A stretch of 64,000 nucleotides of DNA from Lingula anatina (Eukaryota > Animalia > Brachiopoda). This document shows, in pieces, positions 1 to 14,246 of the stretch (within the stretch, counting starts at the first letter, position 1; the number at the start of each line of letters is the position of its first letter). The position numbers were made by a program, and so were the translations under genes. Below the pieces are notes generated by a model, which ran no database searches, was not told where the DNA came from, and worked only from the letters and a program-made list of their open reading frames with translations. The stretch spans positions 23,402,934 to 23,466,933 of the forward strand of contig CM120645.1 in the NCBI GenBank assembly GCA_051362555.1. The letters run 5' to 3'.

Positions 1-885
1 AAAAAAATGTCCACATGATATGAGTTACATGCTACACGCAGACAGACATTATATGAACACAGCTTTGCATGCTGCATTTATCCATATGACGTACATGGTA
101 CACATAAAAACAACACTTGCTTGAAGTATGAAGAAAAAAACTCTGAAACTTGCTAGTCATACTATTCCCTTTGGTGCCACACAGCAGTGAACACATAGCT
201 ACACAAATAGTCAACTGCTGAGCAATTGCTGATAGATTTTTTTCATACAAGAATACTGTGATACTGAATATTAATTGTTTTTATACACATACACTCAGAT
301 ATAGAAATCAAATGTTCAGGCACACAAACACACAGATTAGACACACTAGTCTGACTACTGCATACATTTTAAATGAACTGAATATTAACAGTATGGATAT
401 ACTTTATAAGTCTTATGGCCAACTTGTGTATATTAAATTGTCTTGTACCCCAGGCTGACTCAGAACTCAGTTCATCATGTAATCCAATGAAGACAATTAC
501 CTAAAAGCCTACATGATGAACTGTGTACATGTCGACATGATATTTCTTCGGGCGAAGTGCTACGTGTTATTTTCTGCCATATTAAATAAATCAATCAGAG
601 AATTGAGACGAAATGCTTCCATGAATTCATGCTCTATATTTCATTTTCATCTGTCCATATGCCTTGTAATCCAAGGGCATAAATTCCAACAGGCAGGAAG
701 GAGAACTTGGAGGCAATTTATCGACTATTAATAGGGGATCTTTTGTGCGTGGAGGAGAGGAAATGCTCCTGGTGAGAAACGGCTGTGTTCTTACACAACC
801 CAACTTAAAACAGTCACAGAACAGTCTAAATTGCACCATCAGATAAACTAACCAGGGAATGTCTAGCACACTGACACCTGCTTAC

Positions 886-2353
886 CTTTAAACCTCGTAA
901 AATCTGGTATACTAGAAACTGCACGTGGTCATCACTAAGCTTCTGCGTCTTGATGATGTTGTTGAGGTCAGCACCCATCAACGCTGTCACCAAATATCTA
1001 CAAATATACAACAAGTTTATTAACATCTGCAGACTCAGAATTCAAGTTAATACAGTATGTATAAATTTACTAATTAAGTGTAAAGTTGAATGTAAATTAT
1101 GCAAAATATTGCCAATGTTATTGGAGGTATATCAACTTTATTAATTGGTCAAAATCTACTAATGTCAAAATTTCGTGCAACCCTGGAACTTATCTTGCTG
1201 TTTTCATAATACCCAGTGTTAGACCCCATTCCCAGAGATTAGATCGATCCAAACTAGATTGACCTAACTCCCTGAGGGTTCACGCTAAATAGCTGTCAGC
1301 CGAGCGGGCATGAAAGTTAATTACCCCCTTACAGCTTGCAGTAGGCGGGACGGACATTTAAGCCGGATTATCTGACAGTAATCTAGTGAGACTCCCCACG
1401 GGGATAGATCGATCTAAATGTCTGGGAATACGCCCTTAAATTCACATATTTTCATCTAGTCTATAATTTGAATTCATAGTATTACCAGGGCAGCGTTATC
1501 TTACAAGTTATATCTCAGTCATCCAAGTCCTTTTTTTCCTTGCCTCATAACAGTAGCAAAGCAAGGTCAGCCCTTGAGATTGGATGACTCAATCCAGTGC
1601 TCACTTAGTAAATTTTTTATATAAACGTCAAGGTGCCCAGCATCATCCTAAACTTTGGCTATCAGTCAGAAGAAGGATGTTATGTCATCAATTCCAGACG
1701 TCTGCCATGCTGTAAAAGCCCACACGAAACAGTTCCACCCAAGATCTAAAGACCAAATACTGGTCTTAAATATTTGATAAAATCTTAAGTCTACTTTTAC
1801 CCCCCAATAAGCCAGTAAAAGTCCTCTTACTGGGAGTGAAAAAAAAAAAAAAGACTTGAGTTTTACTTTAAGACTAGCAATTTATTCGATCCGACCTCCA
1901 GGGATTTATCCTGAATTGAAAGTTGACCCAAATTTCCAGTCTGAAATTTTCCTGAGTATCCGACCCTAGGAAGACCTCCTATAAACCAGATCTAGGTGAT
2001 ATTTCCAGTGTAGCATTTACATTCTATCAATAAACCAGATTGCTCTGCTGCAAACGGCTTCTCTCGTTAACCACCAACGTGCCAATTGAGGCAATTCAAT
2101 ACACGGTATAATCTCTCAGAAACCAATAAAACCATCTCTGTGGTATTAATAGACATATTAGGATGATAAAATGGAATTCTGCAGCACCTACGGACTGATA
2201 TTTGTCAGCTCTATTTAATAATTAGAGCTGTGATTTGTTCAATTAGAGGCCATACGAAAGTGCTCAAAGCTGACAATTACATCATTTTACAAAGAATATC
2301 AATAATATATGTGATGGGGACCAGAAATTTCATGATCACTTTTTATCCTTGCT

Positions 2354-2384
<31 letters not shown>

Positions 2385-4396
2385 TAGTGTGAAATGTCAC
2401 TGTGATCAAGGCTTTTCCCAGCTAGCCATCCAGCCATCATTTGGACAGCCACCAGCATTACTGGTCTGCCTTAATTTTCAAAGAAGGCTGGATGGCTTAT
2501 GAATTTTTTTAGCAAAATGATGGGCCGGGACTCCCTGATATTTTGTAGGAAATTAATCACAATGATGAAACCTATCTAGGACAGTCCCAAACACATGCCT
2601 ACACACTCTGCCTGGATATCACTTATAAACATGTTTACATCAAATTCTAAGTTGTCTTCTTGTACAAAGTCATCCACCCTCAGGTGCCCTGTTATTGCCA
2701 CATTATTCCACTTATTCACAGAACTACCATGATTTTACAAATTTCAGATCTTCTCAGTAAGACTTTGTCCCAATCTCCTATTATGGCTATGTCCCACTCT
2801 CCAGTCACGACCAAGCCCCATATCCCACCACAGCCATGTCCCACTCTCCCATTATGACTGTCTTACTCTCCAGTCACGACTGTGTCCCACTCTCCAATAA
2901 TGACTTTGTCCCACTCTTCTATTACAACTATGTCCCACTCTCCTATTACAACTATGTCCCACTCTCCTATAGGAACTTTGTCCCACTCTCCCATTAGGAC
3001 TACTGATACTCACACATCTTGAAACTCCTCCAATGTATCTGTGGGAGTAAACACATCTAACAGGCCAATTATCTGGAAACAAAAGAAAAATATCACTTAT
3101 TAAAATAACATCTTTTACTACAGTATTTAGTGGATATAACTGGTAATGCTTTTTTTTCAGCTCAAGGATTGTATGGTCTGAATGCACCTCTCAGCTGACC
3201 CAGAACTATACAAAATAAATCACAGAAACCTCCATAGATTGCATGCTGTACATTATTAGTGTACTTCCACACCTGATTAATACCCAACTCAGCTGTGTTT
3301 TCTCTTATCTTATATTACATGATGTTCCCACAATAATACTTTTTATAAACCAAAGTCCTTAACAACAGTAACAATATAGAAGAAAGTAAGAGAGGTACAG
3401 AAAAGGTTCAAATCCAGATTGCTTTAGGGCCCATTCAGATTAGTCCATCGTACTAGCTGGGTCTGTCCAACTCTGCAGGGAATTCTCGATAAATGCAATC
3501 AGTGGAATCAGCATAATCAGCACACAATAGTTAATTACCCCAAAGCTGCTTAAGAAAGCGTGTCAGACAACTAAACTGATTTCACTGATAGCAGTTTAGC
3601 AAGAATCCCCTGTAGAGTTGGGGCAACCTTGCTATTAAAATGTATGAAACTGAATGTGATCTTAGAGCTTACATATGTCTCCAGCAGGGGCCAGTTTTAC
3701 AAAAGATCCTTAGCCCAAAAACCAGTCTAAACGTTTATAGCAAAAATGTTGTCTTCTCTGACCTGAAATAAGTCTGAAGTGGTCCCATCAAAAAGTAGTT
3801 ATATAACATATATTTTATCTAGGAGCATGTTATATCACAGCAAAAGCACCTTTCATACAGGGACAATCATGAACATTGCAGTCAACAAAATCTTGACCTT
3901 GTCCCCATATGTCTGGCCTGGTCATGACCTGCACTTCAAACATCTAATGTCCCTGGTTCTTCCACAGTTTGATGAACTTCATGCTCTTATCAAAACAGAT
4001 TCTTATTGTAGATGGGATATCAGGAACTCCTAACATTTGATCTTAATTATGGCTTCTTTGGTTACAGTACAGATTGAAATTTCATAGCTGTTTTGGTCAG
4101 GAAGCCAGTGTGTCAGATTGTCCTCATCAGATACAATAAACAAATGGTCATGACCTGGGTCTGATATATCTATGTCCCTTTACTAGTAGTCCATCTACAG
4201 TTTCATTCACTTAATGTTCTTGTCTAAAGAGATTTTTATTGTAGGCAGGAATTCCTGGTCGAACAAATGGACACTTTTTTTTTCTTAAAATTCTAGTCCA
4301 CTTTAGTATCACTGTATGGCTGTTAGATTGTTTTGTGTTTTCAGTCATAAAACTAGGTCCAGACCAAACAGAAACAATGACAGAATTTGCCAATTT

Positions 4397-4449
<53 letters not shown>

Positions 4450-6646
4450 GGTAGGGAGCAGAAAATGAAAGGAGAAAAAGAAGATTAAATCTACAACAAC
4501 TTACAGACCTACTTGTCTGCACAGCATGTAAAAAAAGATTCAAATAAATCTAGTTTCAAGCCTTCATTGTTTACGTAATACCCAAGTTACCACAATGTGT
4601 ACATTAAGATCACTGGCATAGTATTGATGGATATGTAACAGTATTGTAAGATCAATACATTGGCCACTTATCCATTTAATACATCACAATTGACCTTTAC
4701 AAGACTATAGATAGTGGAGATGTAGTTGTACAGAAAAGCACAAGTATGGTAAAACTTGGAAATTTAATCCAACATGGTCATATTACCTGACAAACTTCTC
4801 AAAATGATCAACATGCCGATTTTCCAGTGTGACTTTTAAGTTTCAAAATAAAAATATGTTGGCTAAGAATCATCCTCCAACACAATTTTCAAGACTGCCC
4901 AAATTTTCAAGTTTTTACCCTAAATACAAAAATGAACAATGAGATCACAATGGTTAAAGGAGTAATTTCTCATGAAGTAACAGAAAAGCATTATAATTTA
5001 TAGATCAGCTTTAGGCTGTCTTGCTTCAAAAAGATTCAGCATGACAGAAACAATTTCTAATGTGCTTAACAAAAACCAGGAAGTAGAGTGCTACAAACAG
5101 TAGTATTCCACTCACGTTTTCATGGTTCATATGCTTCAACATTCGTATTTCCCTGTACGTCCTCTTGGCGTGGATGGGGGACTGGAACGGCCTCGCCAGC
5201 TTTTTTATGGCCACTTTTTGGGAGCTGTGCGTGTCTACTGCTGAGCTGAAAATAAAACAGTTATAATAAATAAGTATTTATAACAATTATGAAGTTATGC
5301 TGTGAATATAGCTACTATATATTAACAGGCACCAGGCACAGTTTTGACTGGAGTTCTACCAAGATCTTTGAACCTACCCTCTACCAGGGTGGTAGATATT
5401 TTTAGGCAAATTGTACAGAGAACCAAATGACAGTCTATTTATTTAAAAACATAGGCTGTGAATATCTTGTAAAAAATCAACCTGTGGCACTGGTTGAGGG
5501 TACCTTGAACCCAACATTTTCTTTTTGTAGTTGCTGATAAGTGATGTCAACCTGGAGGTGCCAAGGGCACATGAATGATAATCACAGATTCACACCTCTG
5601 AACATATCACCCACTCAGAGTTGTGATAAGAGAAGGGGTTGTTGGGATGAATAAGGGCATTTAACAATGCAGTAAGCTTATTAGTTCTGGGAGATTGTTT
5701 TTTATCAGTATATACAAACAAACTGTTATACAACATATGCTACATGCTTGATGTGTGCCAGTTAGAGGTTGTCTTGAAAACCTCACAGCAGAATTGTTTT
5801 TTTTTTTAATTATATAATATACTGTAGCACAACTTGGCTAATTGCATCCTAAGATTTTCCATATATATTTGCCAGCAACAATGACTCACATGGCTAAGAA
5901 TTCTCTACAAATAAATGCCAATGGTGAAATGAAACTGCTTTGGTAACTGACAAAAGTCTCACTGAATGTGAAAGTGATAAGTAAACAAACTTTCATTTAT
6001 TATCAATTAAAAAGCGGATGTAGAGATGATAAAAATTGTTTTCACTTTATGTTAAACTGTAGAACATTATTCCAGTTGTGTTGTTCAATGTGGTAGTAGT
6101 GTCCACTTATGTGTCAACTACAGATCTACTGCTTCAGAAAAAAACTTTTCTCTATCAATTCATTTTAACATTTTTTTGAAAACTTTTTACAGTCAAATTT
6201 AATTAGAGGAAAATTTAGGTACAGTTCTTGGATTCTGTCTGCTGCATTTAAGCAGTTTGTGCATTACTATTTTTTCCAAAAATAACTGGAATACGGGAAA
6301 GTTTTAAACAGAAAGCAAAATCTACGCGTAGTACTACATCACCACCTAAGTGGGCCAACTTAAAGGTCAAAATGACGAAGGAGTCGGTTCTGTACTGCTA
6401 CAGTAAACATAAGCTAGGAAGTTTTTCGGTGTATAATAATCAGCAGAGACGCCTGCGTGTCGAGCAAGTGTTAAGTACAGATGACAAATTAAATCAAGCA
6501 CACACGTACCAAACTTGTCCATAGGCGCCTGATCCCACGGGCTGAAGCATTTGGTAACGTTCGGGAACCTCCCAGACCGCTTTGTTAAGTTCAAGACGGT
6601 AGAACCCAGGCTTGATCGCCTGGGCTGAATTTCCGGCTTCCGCCAT
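886..6646 (-). CDS. MAPK14: p38 mitogen-activated protein kinase (MAPK14-like), coding exons 1-4; gene continues beyond the left edge
   Basis: Exons 6510-6646 ([46 protein letters not shown]), 5116-5245 ([43 protein letters not shown]), 3014-3072 ([20 protein letters not shown]) and 886-997 ([37 protein letters not shown]). All introns are GT-AG and phases join in frame. The 130/59/112-nt exon sizes match the conserved p38 gene structure. Confidence 0.96.
1221..1436. mobile_element. MITE-like element with terminal inverted repeats in a p38 intron
   Basis: Left end ATTCCCAGAGATTAGATCGATC (~1228) is an imperfect inverted copy of right end GATCGATCTAAATGTCTGGGAAT (~1407-1429). About 215 bp, non-coding. 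Confidence 0.55.
2761..2998. repeat. 24-bp minisatellite (about ACTATGTCCCACTCTCCTATTACA), roughly 9-10 degenerate copies
   Basis: Repeated TGTCCCACTCT core at 24-nt spacing, abutting the p38 exon-3 donor. It explains the RRVGHSCN repeats in ORF 2852..3187. Confidence 0.85.
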
Positions 6647-6779
6647 CAATCGTTGTGGTGTCTCCACGACCAGTTCTGGGCTGCTTCAGATCCTGCGTCC
6701 TCTGAAAACGTATAGACTTTAAATGGATATTCTTGCAATGAAGTCCTGGAAATTCCCAAGATCGCTGTTTCCGTGTGAA

Positions 6780-6900
6780 TCACACTTTGATTTCCGGTTT
6801 CACATGCGCATGCGTGCCCGAGTCTCGTTTTCACTTCGAGGAGTCGTGGCACAGCACAACTACTGTAAACACCCCAACATTAATAATAAATTAGGTGAGT
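6780..6900. promoter_or_regulatory. Putative bidirectional promoter for p38/GMPPB, with a candidate non-coding GMPPB exon-1 donor
   Basis: Locally CpG-richer sequence ~150 bp upstream of the p38 ATG. It has an ETS-type TTCCGG (6792-6797), an NRF1-type TGCGCATGCG (6805-6814) and a plus-strand consensus donor AG|GTGAGT at 6894/6895. Confidence 0.5.
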
Positions 6901-7783
6901 TTTAACGAGTTCATAAATGCCATAGGCACCAGGATTTGTTCATAGAGTTTATATGTCGCCAACTGTGACAAGCGTAGGTCTTTTTAGTGAAATCTGCTCT
7001 GATGAACTATTTATGAAATTTGCCGGTTGCTCACTTTCTCCATTGCCTGCGAATAGATGCGAGCCACAAAAAACGACTTGTAATCTCTGGCACTCCTGTT
7101 GACGATATATAGACCACATTCATGTTTTGTAAACGGAAAATATAAGTGTTTTCTTATTTCGTGTATGCTTTTCATAGTTCTCGCTCTGGGACAACAATGA
7201 ACACATAATATGAGGGTTAGACACGTTAATATCACCGCTTTCGGAAAAAGTTGATGTGACAGGTCGATTTAGCAGGTCTGAATGCACTTAATGGCTGTCT
7301 CCTTATAAAAAGATATTTAAGCAAGAAATTGAGAAAATGAACAGACACAGAATGTCATAGAAAAAACATTAAAGGAATATGAAAGATTATATTTTACTGT
7401 ATACTAGTTTAGCTGTAGTTTTTATTACTAGTATTTGTTCTGTCATAATTTTAAACGTAATTCTGATATCAAGACCAAACTTTTTTAAAACTGTGACATG
7501 AAAACAGAATTTGGTTTCTTAAAGCATCTTCATTACTTTAGGAAAATTATTGATAAACTGTTTCAGTACAAGTGTGATGTAATTTTTGTTTGCTAACCCA
7601 AAGTTGACTACATGTATAATGGACCACACCCCTTTTAGCCATCTATATATGGACTATATATAGCAAACATGGAATAATTGTGGTCAGTGTTAAATTTTAA
7701 ATACCTAAGTGCTACTGGTCCAAAGTGATGGCACATGAAAAAACCTGATAGATGATGATAAGATGGCACCACACGCTCCTGCT

Positions 7784-7851
7784 AGGTAGCATCTGATAGA
7801 AAAATTATAAGATCATCAGGTAGCATCTGATAGAAAAATTATAAGATCATC
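7784..7851. repeat. Perfect 34-bp tandem duplication
   Basis: AGGTAGCATCTGATAGAAAAATTATAAGATCATC x2. Confidence 0.9.
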
Positions 7852-10800
7852 AGAGATAAAGATAAAGCTGACCAAAACAGATGCTTTGTTTATGTTTTAT
7901 TAGTGTTTCCCTTTCATTCCTTTTTCTTCTTTTTTTTTTTTTTTTTTTGTTACCTTTTTTCAAATGCTCGAAAAAAACAAAGCAACCACCATCACTATTG
8001 CAGACTTTGACACAAACACCTTTGTTTAATTATGTCACAAAGTAACATAAGACTGCATCATGACAATATTTAAGGTGATATGCAGAGTTCTCATGTTTCT
8101 GATAACGTAAACTTTTAGCTCTGTGACATGTTTTCTCCTTAATATTAAGTTAACAAATGTGTTCAGTAACCCCCTCCTCGTCCTCACCAAGTGGCATTGC
8201 TAGGTAGCCCACTTTTTGTATTTCTTTCTCCCTCCCCCCTTTCACTCTAATGGTTGGTATTATTAACACAGAAAGTGTTAAGGATCATACTTTGACATTA
8301 TTTGATTAAAATATGGAATCAACCTTTTGGGTCTTTATATATAGTTTATGACAATAATATGTTAGTTCTGTTTTATAAAAACACAACAATAACATTACAT
8401 TCTTTCTTTAAAGTTACAAAAATCAGGAATATTTTCTATACTAGTATAGCAAGCTATTATTGTGTGTTTGAATTCCTAAGCCTATAACACAGGTAGCTGT
8501 AGCATGTAGTTGTATATACAGCTGCCAGGTGATCCACTGGTACTGTTCAATAATGTAGGCTCAGCTGCTGCATTCTGATGTCTGGAAGTCCACAACTAGT
8601 TTATACAGTGGAGGTATGCAAGCTGAGGCTACTGCGTGTGTGTGTTTTTGTAGCACACCTTATTTGTGTAAACATTTTTGCTTGAGGTCTCGTCAGCATT
8701 TTCTGTGGAATCAGATTTATGATTTTTTTTTAAACCAAATCGGTGGTGAATTGTTAGATGTTGGCAGTTGCTTTTCATTTTATTCTTAAGCCATATTAGA
8801 CCACTGTAAACATTGTGAGGATTCATGAGAGCCATTTCTAGGTAGAAAGTGTGGACATACAATACCATTTACTGTATAAATAAAGTGCTATTGAAACAGT
8901 TCTATATGTTCAGTTGTGGGGTTTTATAATGGTCAACCATATATAAAGTTAAGATATGATGTCCTGGTAACAGAACATTATTTCTGGGTCAAAAATTTTA
9001 TGTCTGATGGAGATGGAACGGGAGAGTGAATTAGTGTATGTGCTCAAGTTGCAGAGAGTTTTTAAAATAATATTATAATTTAGGGATTCACCTAAATGCC
9101 TACAATATATTAGGGAAGATAGCTGATGTGAAGATAAGTCTTTGGGATATAAGAGAGAAAATATTTTGATGATAATGCAAGACAGTTCAGATTCAGAAAA
9201 ATGTTTTAAGTATTTAAATGAAAACATAGTAATGGTTAGATGAAATTAACCATAATATTTAAGAGTAAGCATTTTTGTTATGTAGCTGAAAGTTAATGTC
9301 ATCTACCAGGTTTATCTCATTGCCAGTGTTTCTGTCATGTATAATTAACAGACACCTGCTCTACCTGTTTCAATATTTACATGATTAATGTTCAGGCTTA
9401 CTGATGTACTGTGTTATATATATACACCTGTGAATTTAAATACAAATTTGTAATTATTAACAGCTTCATTTTGCCCACAGCAGAATTCTGCTGCTCTAAA
9501 TATAGAAGAAACGGAAAGAAGAGTTGTCCTAATTTTTTATGTATGCCATGAACTCATAATAAAAGATGTCATTGAATGCGGATGCCACCACAAATACGTT
9601 AAGTTATTTATAAGCCTAAGTGAGCTTTCTGAAAATTGGGTCACAATCTGACGTGGCTTTGAGCACACATTAGTATATCTCTCCAAGTAGACAAGTTACT
9701 TCACAACTTAGGAAGACATCCGCTGAGAGATTCTAAACTTGACTTCATCATGAAGGTAGGTATGAACTGACATAAACTATGAAAAAAAAAATTACAGGAT
9801 GTGTTTGGTATTAGAGCGTGTGATATAGAAATAGTTAGAGACGTGTCTACTGGCATGGGTTGCTTCATAACAAACGATTTTGTATACTGAAGAGATGGGT
9901 TTTGGTTTCTGTGATACTTAGGGGAAGTCTGTCCCGGTTGTATGACTGAACATAGGGCGCTGTTGATTCTGCAGATTTGGTCAGAAAGTGTCTCGTCCTT
10001 AACACACTTCTGTGAAATAGGCACTTGTGTTCCCTCTCTAGCTCAGTGTCTTTCAAAATTTATTTTGTCCTGCTTTGCGGTTGTATGAGTTTGACTTTGT
10101 GTCTATCCATGTGTTTTAATTAATACAATCAGTGTATATTTTTATTTTTATGGATGTTTTTGCTTCTCATTTGGGTGTTCATAAAATATTTGTTAAGTTT
10201 TTTATGATATGACTAAAAGTTTCAGTTGGAATTATAATGTAGGAGTTTCAGATGAAGAATGTTTGCTGAAGATCGCAGAGTTCATGTTTGTTTTATTATT
10301 CAAGCAATCTTTAGTACTAGTGCTCATTTAGGTTGTCATACAAGTGTCAGTTGTTAAAGAGAAAAATATATTTATTTTTTGATGGTCCGGGAGATGTTCC
10401 CAGGGATAGGTGGGATGAAATTATGATGGCCCATTGTTGGTGAACAATTTTAAATATCTGATGCTAGGTCAAATACTTTCATTATGTCATCTTTACAGAA
10501 AGTTTAAGAAAGGGCATTTGTCACATTGATGTTTATGAAAATTTTAAAGTTATATGTTTAGAAAAATTAACAAATGAGAAGATGAATATTTCGCAGGCGT
10601 GTTTGCATTGCCTGAAAATGTTTGTTTTATGTTTTATGTGACTAAGTTGTTATTCAAAGTGGCATGTTGTAACTTGTATCCTGAGTGTATTATGGACACA
10701 GAAGGGGTGTAGTCTATGACGCTGTAGTGATCAGGTTACACCTGTGTGGTGACTGGTGTCTGGGTGTGGGTGTATTCTAGTTCTAGTGTTTAACACCTGA

Positions 10801-11546
10801 TGTCACAAGTGTACCTGAGATGAGGTCACCCTACCCAAGGACACAGAGCTTACTGTAGCATAAGACATTTTAGCTAGATGAAAATCTTTTATTTAGAAAA
10901 TGTGAAATATTTTACTGTTTCTTCATCAAGTTTTACATTGTTCTTGTGTCAAGTTTTGATTTAGTTCAAAAGGAATATATTCCATAGTGTGCTGACAGTG
11001 GCCTCTTTCTAATTAGATCTGTTTATAATGCCCCTGAAGAGGCCTCCGGGCGGAAATGACTGTAGGGCACAATAAACATGGAACAAACAGACTGATTTAG
11101 TTCATTCTTCTCTTTGTCTATTTCTTTGGGTTTTACCATAGAATCATTTAGTGCAGATGAAGGTAGCTTTGGCCTTGGCCTATTTATTATTATTATTTTT
11201 TTTAATGAGCTTTCCATGCTGTTAAAAATATTTATTTCAACTTAGGAAACTGCCTAAATAAACAGAAAAGAAGCTATTGAAATCTGTTTTTTCTTCCTGA
11301 TTTAGATACATTTACTTAAAAGTTGTTAGGTGTAAAACGTTCAGTAAAAGTTCAGAGATTCTTACACTAGTACCTGAAAATGAACTACTCAAAATGACTA
11401 CTTAATTATACCTCATTGCAGCCAAGTGAAAGTTGAAGGCATCCCTTGCATTTTAATTTAGAAAATTAAAGATGGTATTCAGTTCACACGTGAATTTAAT
11501 GTGCAATTTTCTTTTTTTTTTTTCGTAGGACCACCACATAGGCAAC

Positions 11547-14195
11547 ATGAAGGCGCTGATATTGGTGGGGGGTTATGGGACGCGATTACGACCTCTGACC
11601 CTCAGTCGGCCCAAGCCATTGGTGGAATTTGGCAACAAACCTATGATGTTACACCAGATAGAGGCCCTGGTAGAGGTATGTAAACTACCTCGGATGATGA
11701 AGATGCTGATAATTTTACATTGAAATTATTTCACACCAAGTGAATTACAGTGTAATCAGATACTTGGTTACTATGACTGAAATATGAAGAGAAAAAGATG
11801 GTCTACAGTTTTTATGATAGCAATTGGAGGTCATAAATGAAAATTGTCAAACACAACCCAAAAAACTTTCATACCGTTAGCTTACACCCAACCAGCATAG
11901 GTCTTCATCAGGCCCTGTGTCTAATTTATTAATAAATTAACTGGTTTATTAATAATTGTGTCTAATTTGTTACAGGCAGGGGTAACCCAGATAGTACTAG
12001 CTGTCAGCTACAGAGCAGAGCTTTTAGAACAGGAACTCAAAGTACAAGAAGAAAAGGTTAGAGATTAGGAAAGATCATAAGACTTCTACTAGAGATAAAA
12101 GTTTTTTTTTTTTAGAAGTTGATTAAAATTTCATACGCTGTCAAGCATTTCAGTAACCATCTGGTAAAGGTGGGGGAATTCTGAAGAGGTTACTCACTTG
12201 ATAGATGCAAAATGTAACAAAGTTTGGAAATAAAAATTTCATTACATTTACATGCTAGAAATAATTTCTTGAAAAAAAATCATTTTCATATGAGAATGAG
12301 TCAGGTTATGATGTCTGAATGATCTATATTTCAGCTAGGAGTAACAATCACATTTTCCTATGAGGAGGAGCCACTAGGGACAGGTGAGGTGATTGTTAAC
12401 ATATGTTCTTTTCTCACAAACTAATCAATATTTTGTGATAATTGGAGATACGTTTCCATGCCAATCTAACATCTTCATTTCAGTATTCTTTAGGTGTCAC
12501 CAGTGGCATGGTGATATTGACAGATTGATTATCTTTGATTGGTGGATTCACATTTGATATTTAGATAATAAGTGGAACCATTTTTATAATGTGACAAGCA
12601 TGAAGTGGAAATCAATAGGGCCCTAGTATACTAATTTATATTTATTATAACTTCAGAGTTATGCTGAAGTGCATACTAGTAAAAATGATTTATTTTTGGC
12701 ATGAAAGTAAGACCATAATTTTGAAATAGTCATATTTTCATTGTAACAGTTTTGTTTGACCTAACAGAATACCATTAAGAATTCGTCAAGGTTTGAAAGA
12801 GTATGGTATAGGTACTTCATATTTTATTTGTATTGTATTTTATTGTACCACCAGCGTTAGCGCTGGCGGTACACATGGTTTTAGTCCCGTCCGGTCCGTT
12901 CCGCCGGCTCCTGCGGCTCCGCCGGCTCCGCCGCCATGTTACCGTTACCGCTTCTCCTCCTAGACGGTAAGGGCCCCCATGCCCATCTCTTGGATTTAGG
13001 TCACCTATAATCTCAACTCGTTCCACGTAAAATTTGGGCTTTGTCGGTATTGGGGTCTAGGTATGTCATTCATTGCAATGCACCCTTGTCCAAAAATGGC
13101 AAAATTAAATGCTAATTATCTACCCTACGGAAGGAATTATGGGAAAAATTTCTACAGACGGCTTTCCAAAAGTCATATGTGTAGATTTCAAATATGCCCT
13201 TGGATTTGACCTTTGACCTTTATTTCAAGGTCAAACAGGCCAAATTTTTCAAAAAAATGAAATTTTTTTACGAAAAAAAATTATTTGCGCTGTTATTCAG
13301 ACACCACACAGACTTAACCAATAATATTATTGGAAAATGATACCCTTCAGGTCATCTTTCATCTCCATGAATTTGGGGTCAATCGGTGCATTTTAACGGG
13401 AGTAGCGGCCATAAGATACTGAAACTGAAAACTGTCTCTAATTCGGGAACCATTAATGCTAGAGACCCATTCTTTTTTGCATTTTGTAGAGCATGTAAAG
13501 CCCAACACTGAAGGTGGTCTCCGTTTTTTTGTATTCCATACGGTTTTCAAGCTATGCTGTATCAAAAAGTACATATTGGTGGTGAAAGCACGGTAATGGA
13601 TAATAAATTTTGAACTCTGGAAAAATAAAACATAAGGCTTGGCAAAGCAGACAACTTGTGGTCAAAAATGACATTATTTCATCAAATTTGAACATCTGGA
13701 ACTTCAGAGCACCTCTTATTTCAAGAATTTTGACCAAAATGACCTTTTCTTTATTTTAATTAATTTTTTCTGTAGGAAATTTATGGCACATTATGGTAAC
13801 TCCAAAATTAAAACATTTAGTCCCTTATATCTCTAAAACTGGCAGAGATAGGTCCATAGTTACTATTGAAGTTGAATAGGAAGTCATATACTGGCAATTT
13901 TACTGTGACCTTGAAATTGACCTTTGACCAACTTTTCACCATGAACTGAACTTTGCATATTTTTAAGTTATATATATATTTTTTGCATATTTTGAAAATT
14001 CTTGTTGATTGCATTTTTACAGCTTGTCAAGCATAAGACTGGTGGCTGTGTCCCTTCTTTTGTGTATGTGGGGGTCTATACGAATGCGCTTGCTCCAGCT
14101 GGTGGTACAATATTCGGAGGCGGTATCGCCTCTCTGATCCTCTAGTTTGTAAAGTGTACGGAACATATATTTATGGGTTTTTAACTCTCAACAAA

Positions 14196-14246
<51 letters not shown>

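Noticed and set aside
1-885. Further p38 exons (YIHSA.., DLKP.., TGY loop)
   Set aside because: Not found in this interval; they presumably lie left of the window.
2852-3187. 111-aa ORF with RRVGHSCN repeats
   Set aside because: Overlaps p38 exon 3 out of frame and runs into a 24-bp minisatellite.
9481-10056. ORFs 9701..10024 and 9865..10056, and a possible plus-strand exon 9481-9755 (CACAG| ... AAG|GTAGG)
   Set aside because: No recognisable protein motifs. The splice-like signals could mark a UTR exon but cannot be distinguished from chance without transcripts.
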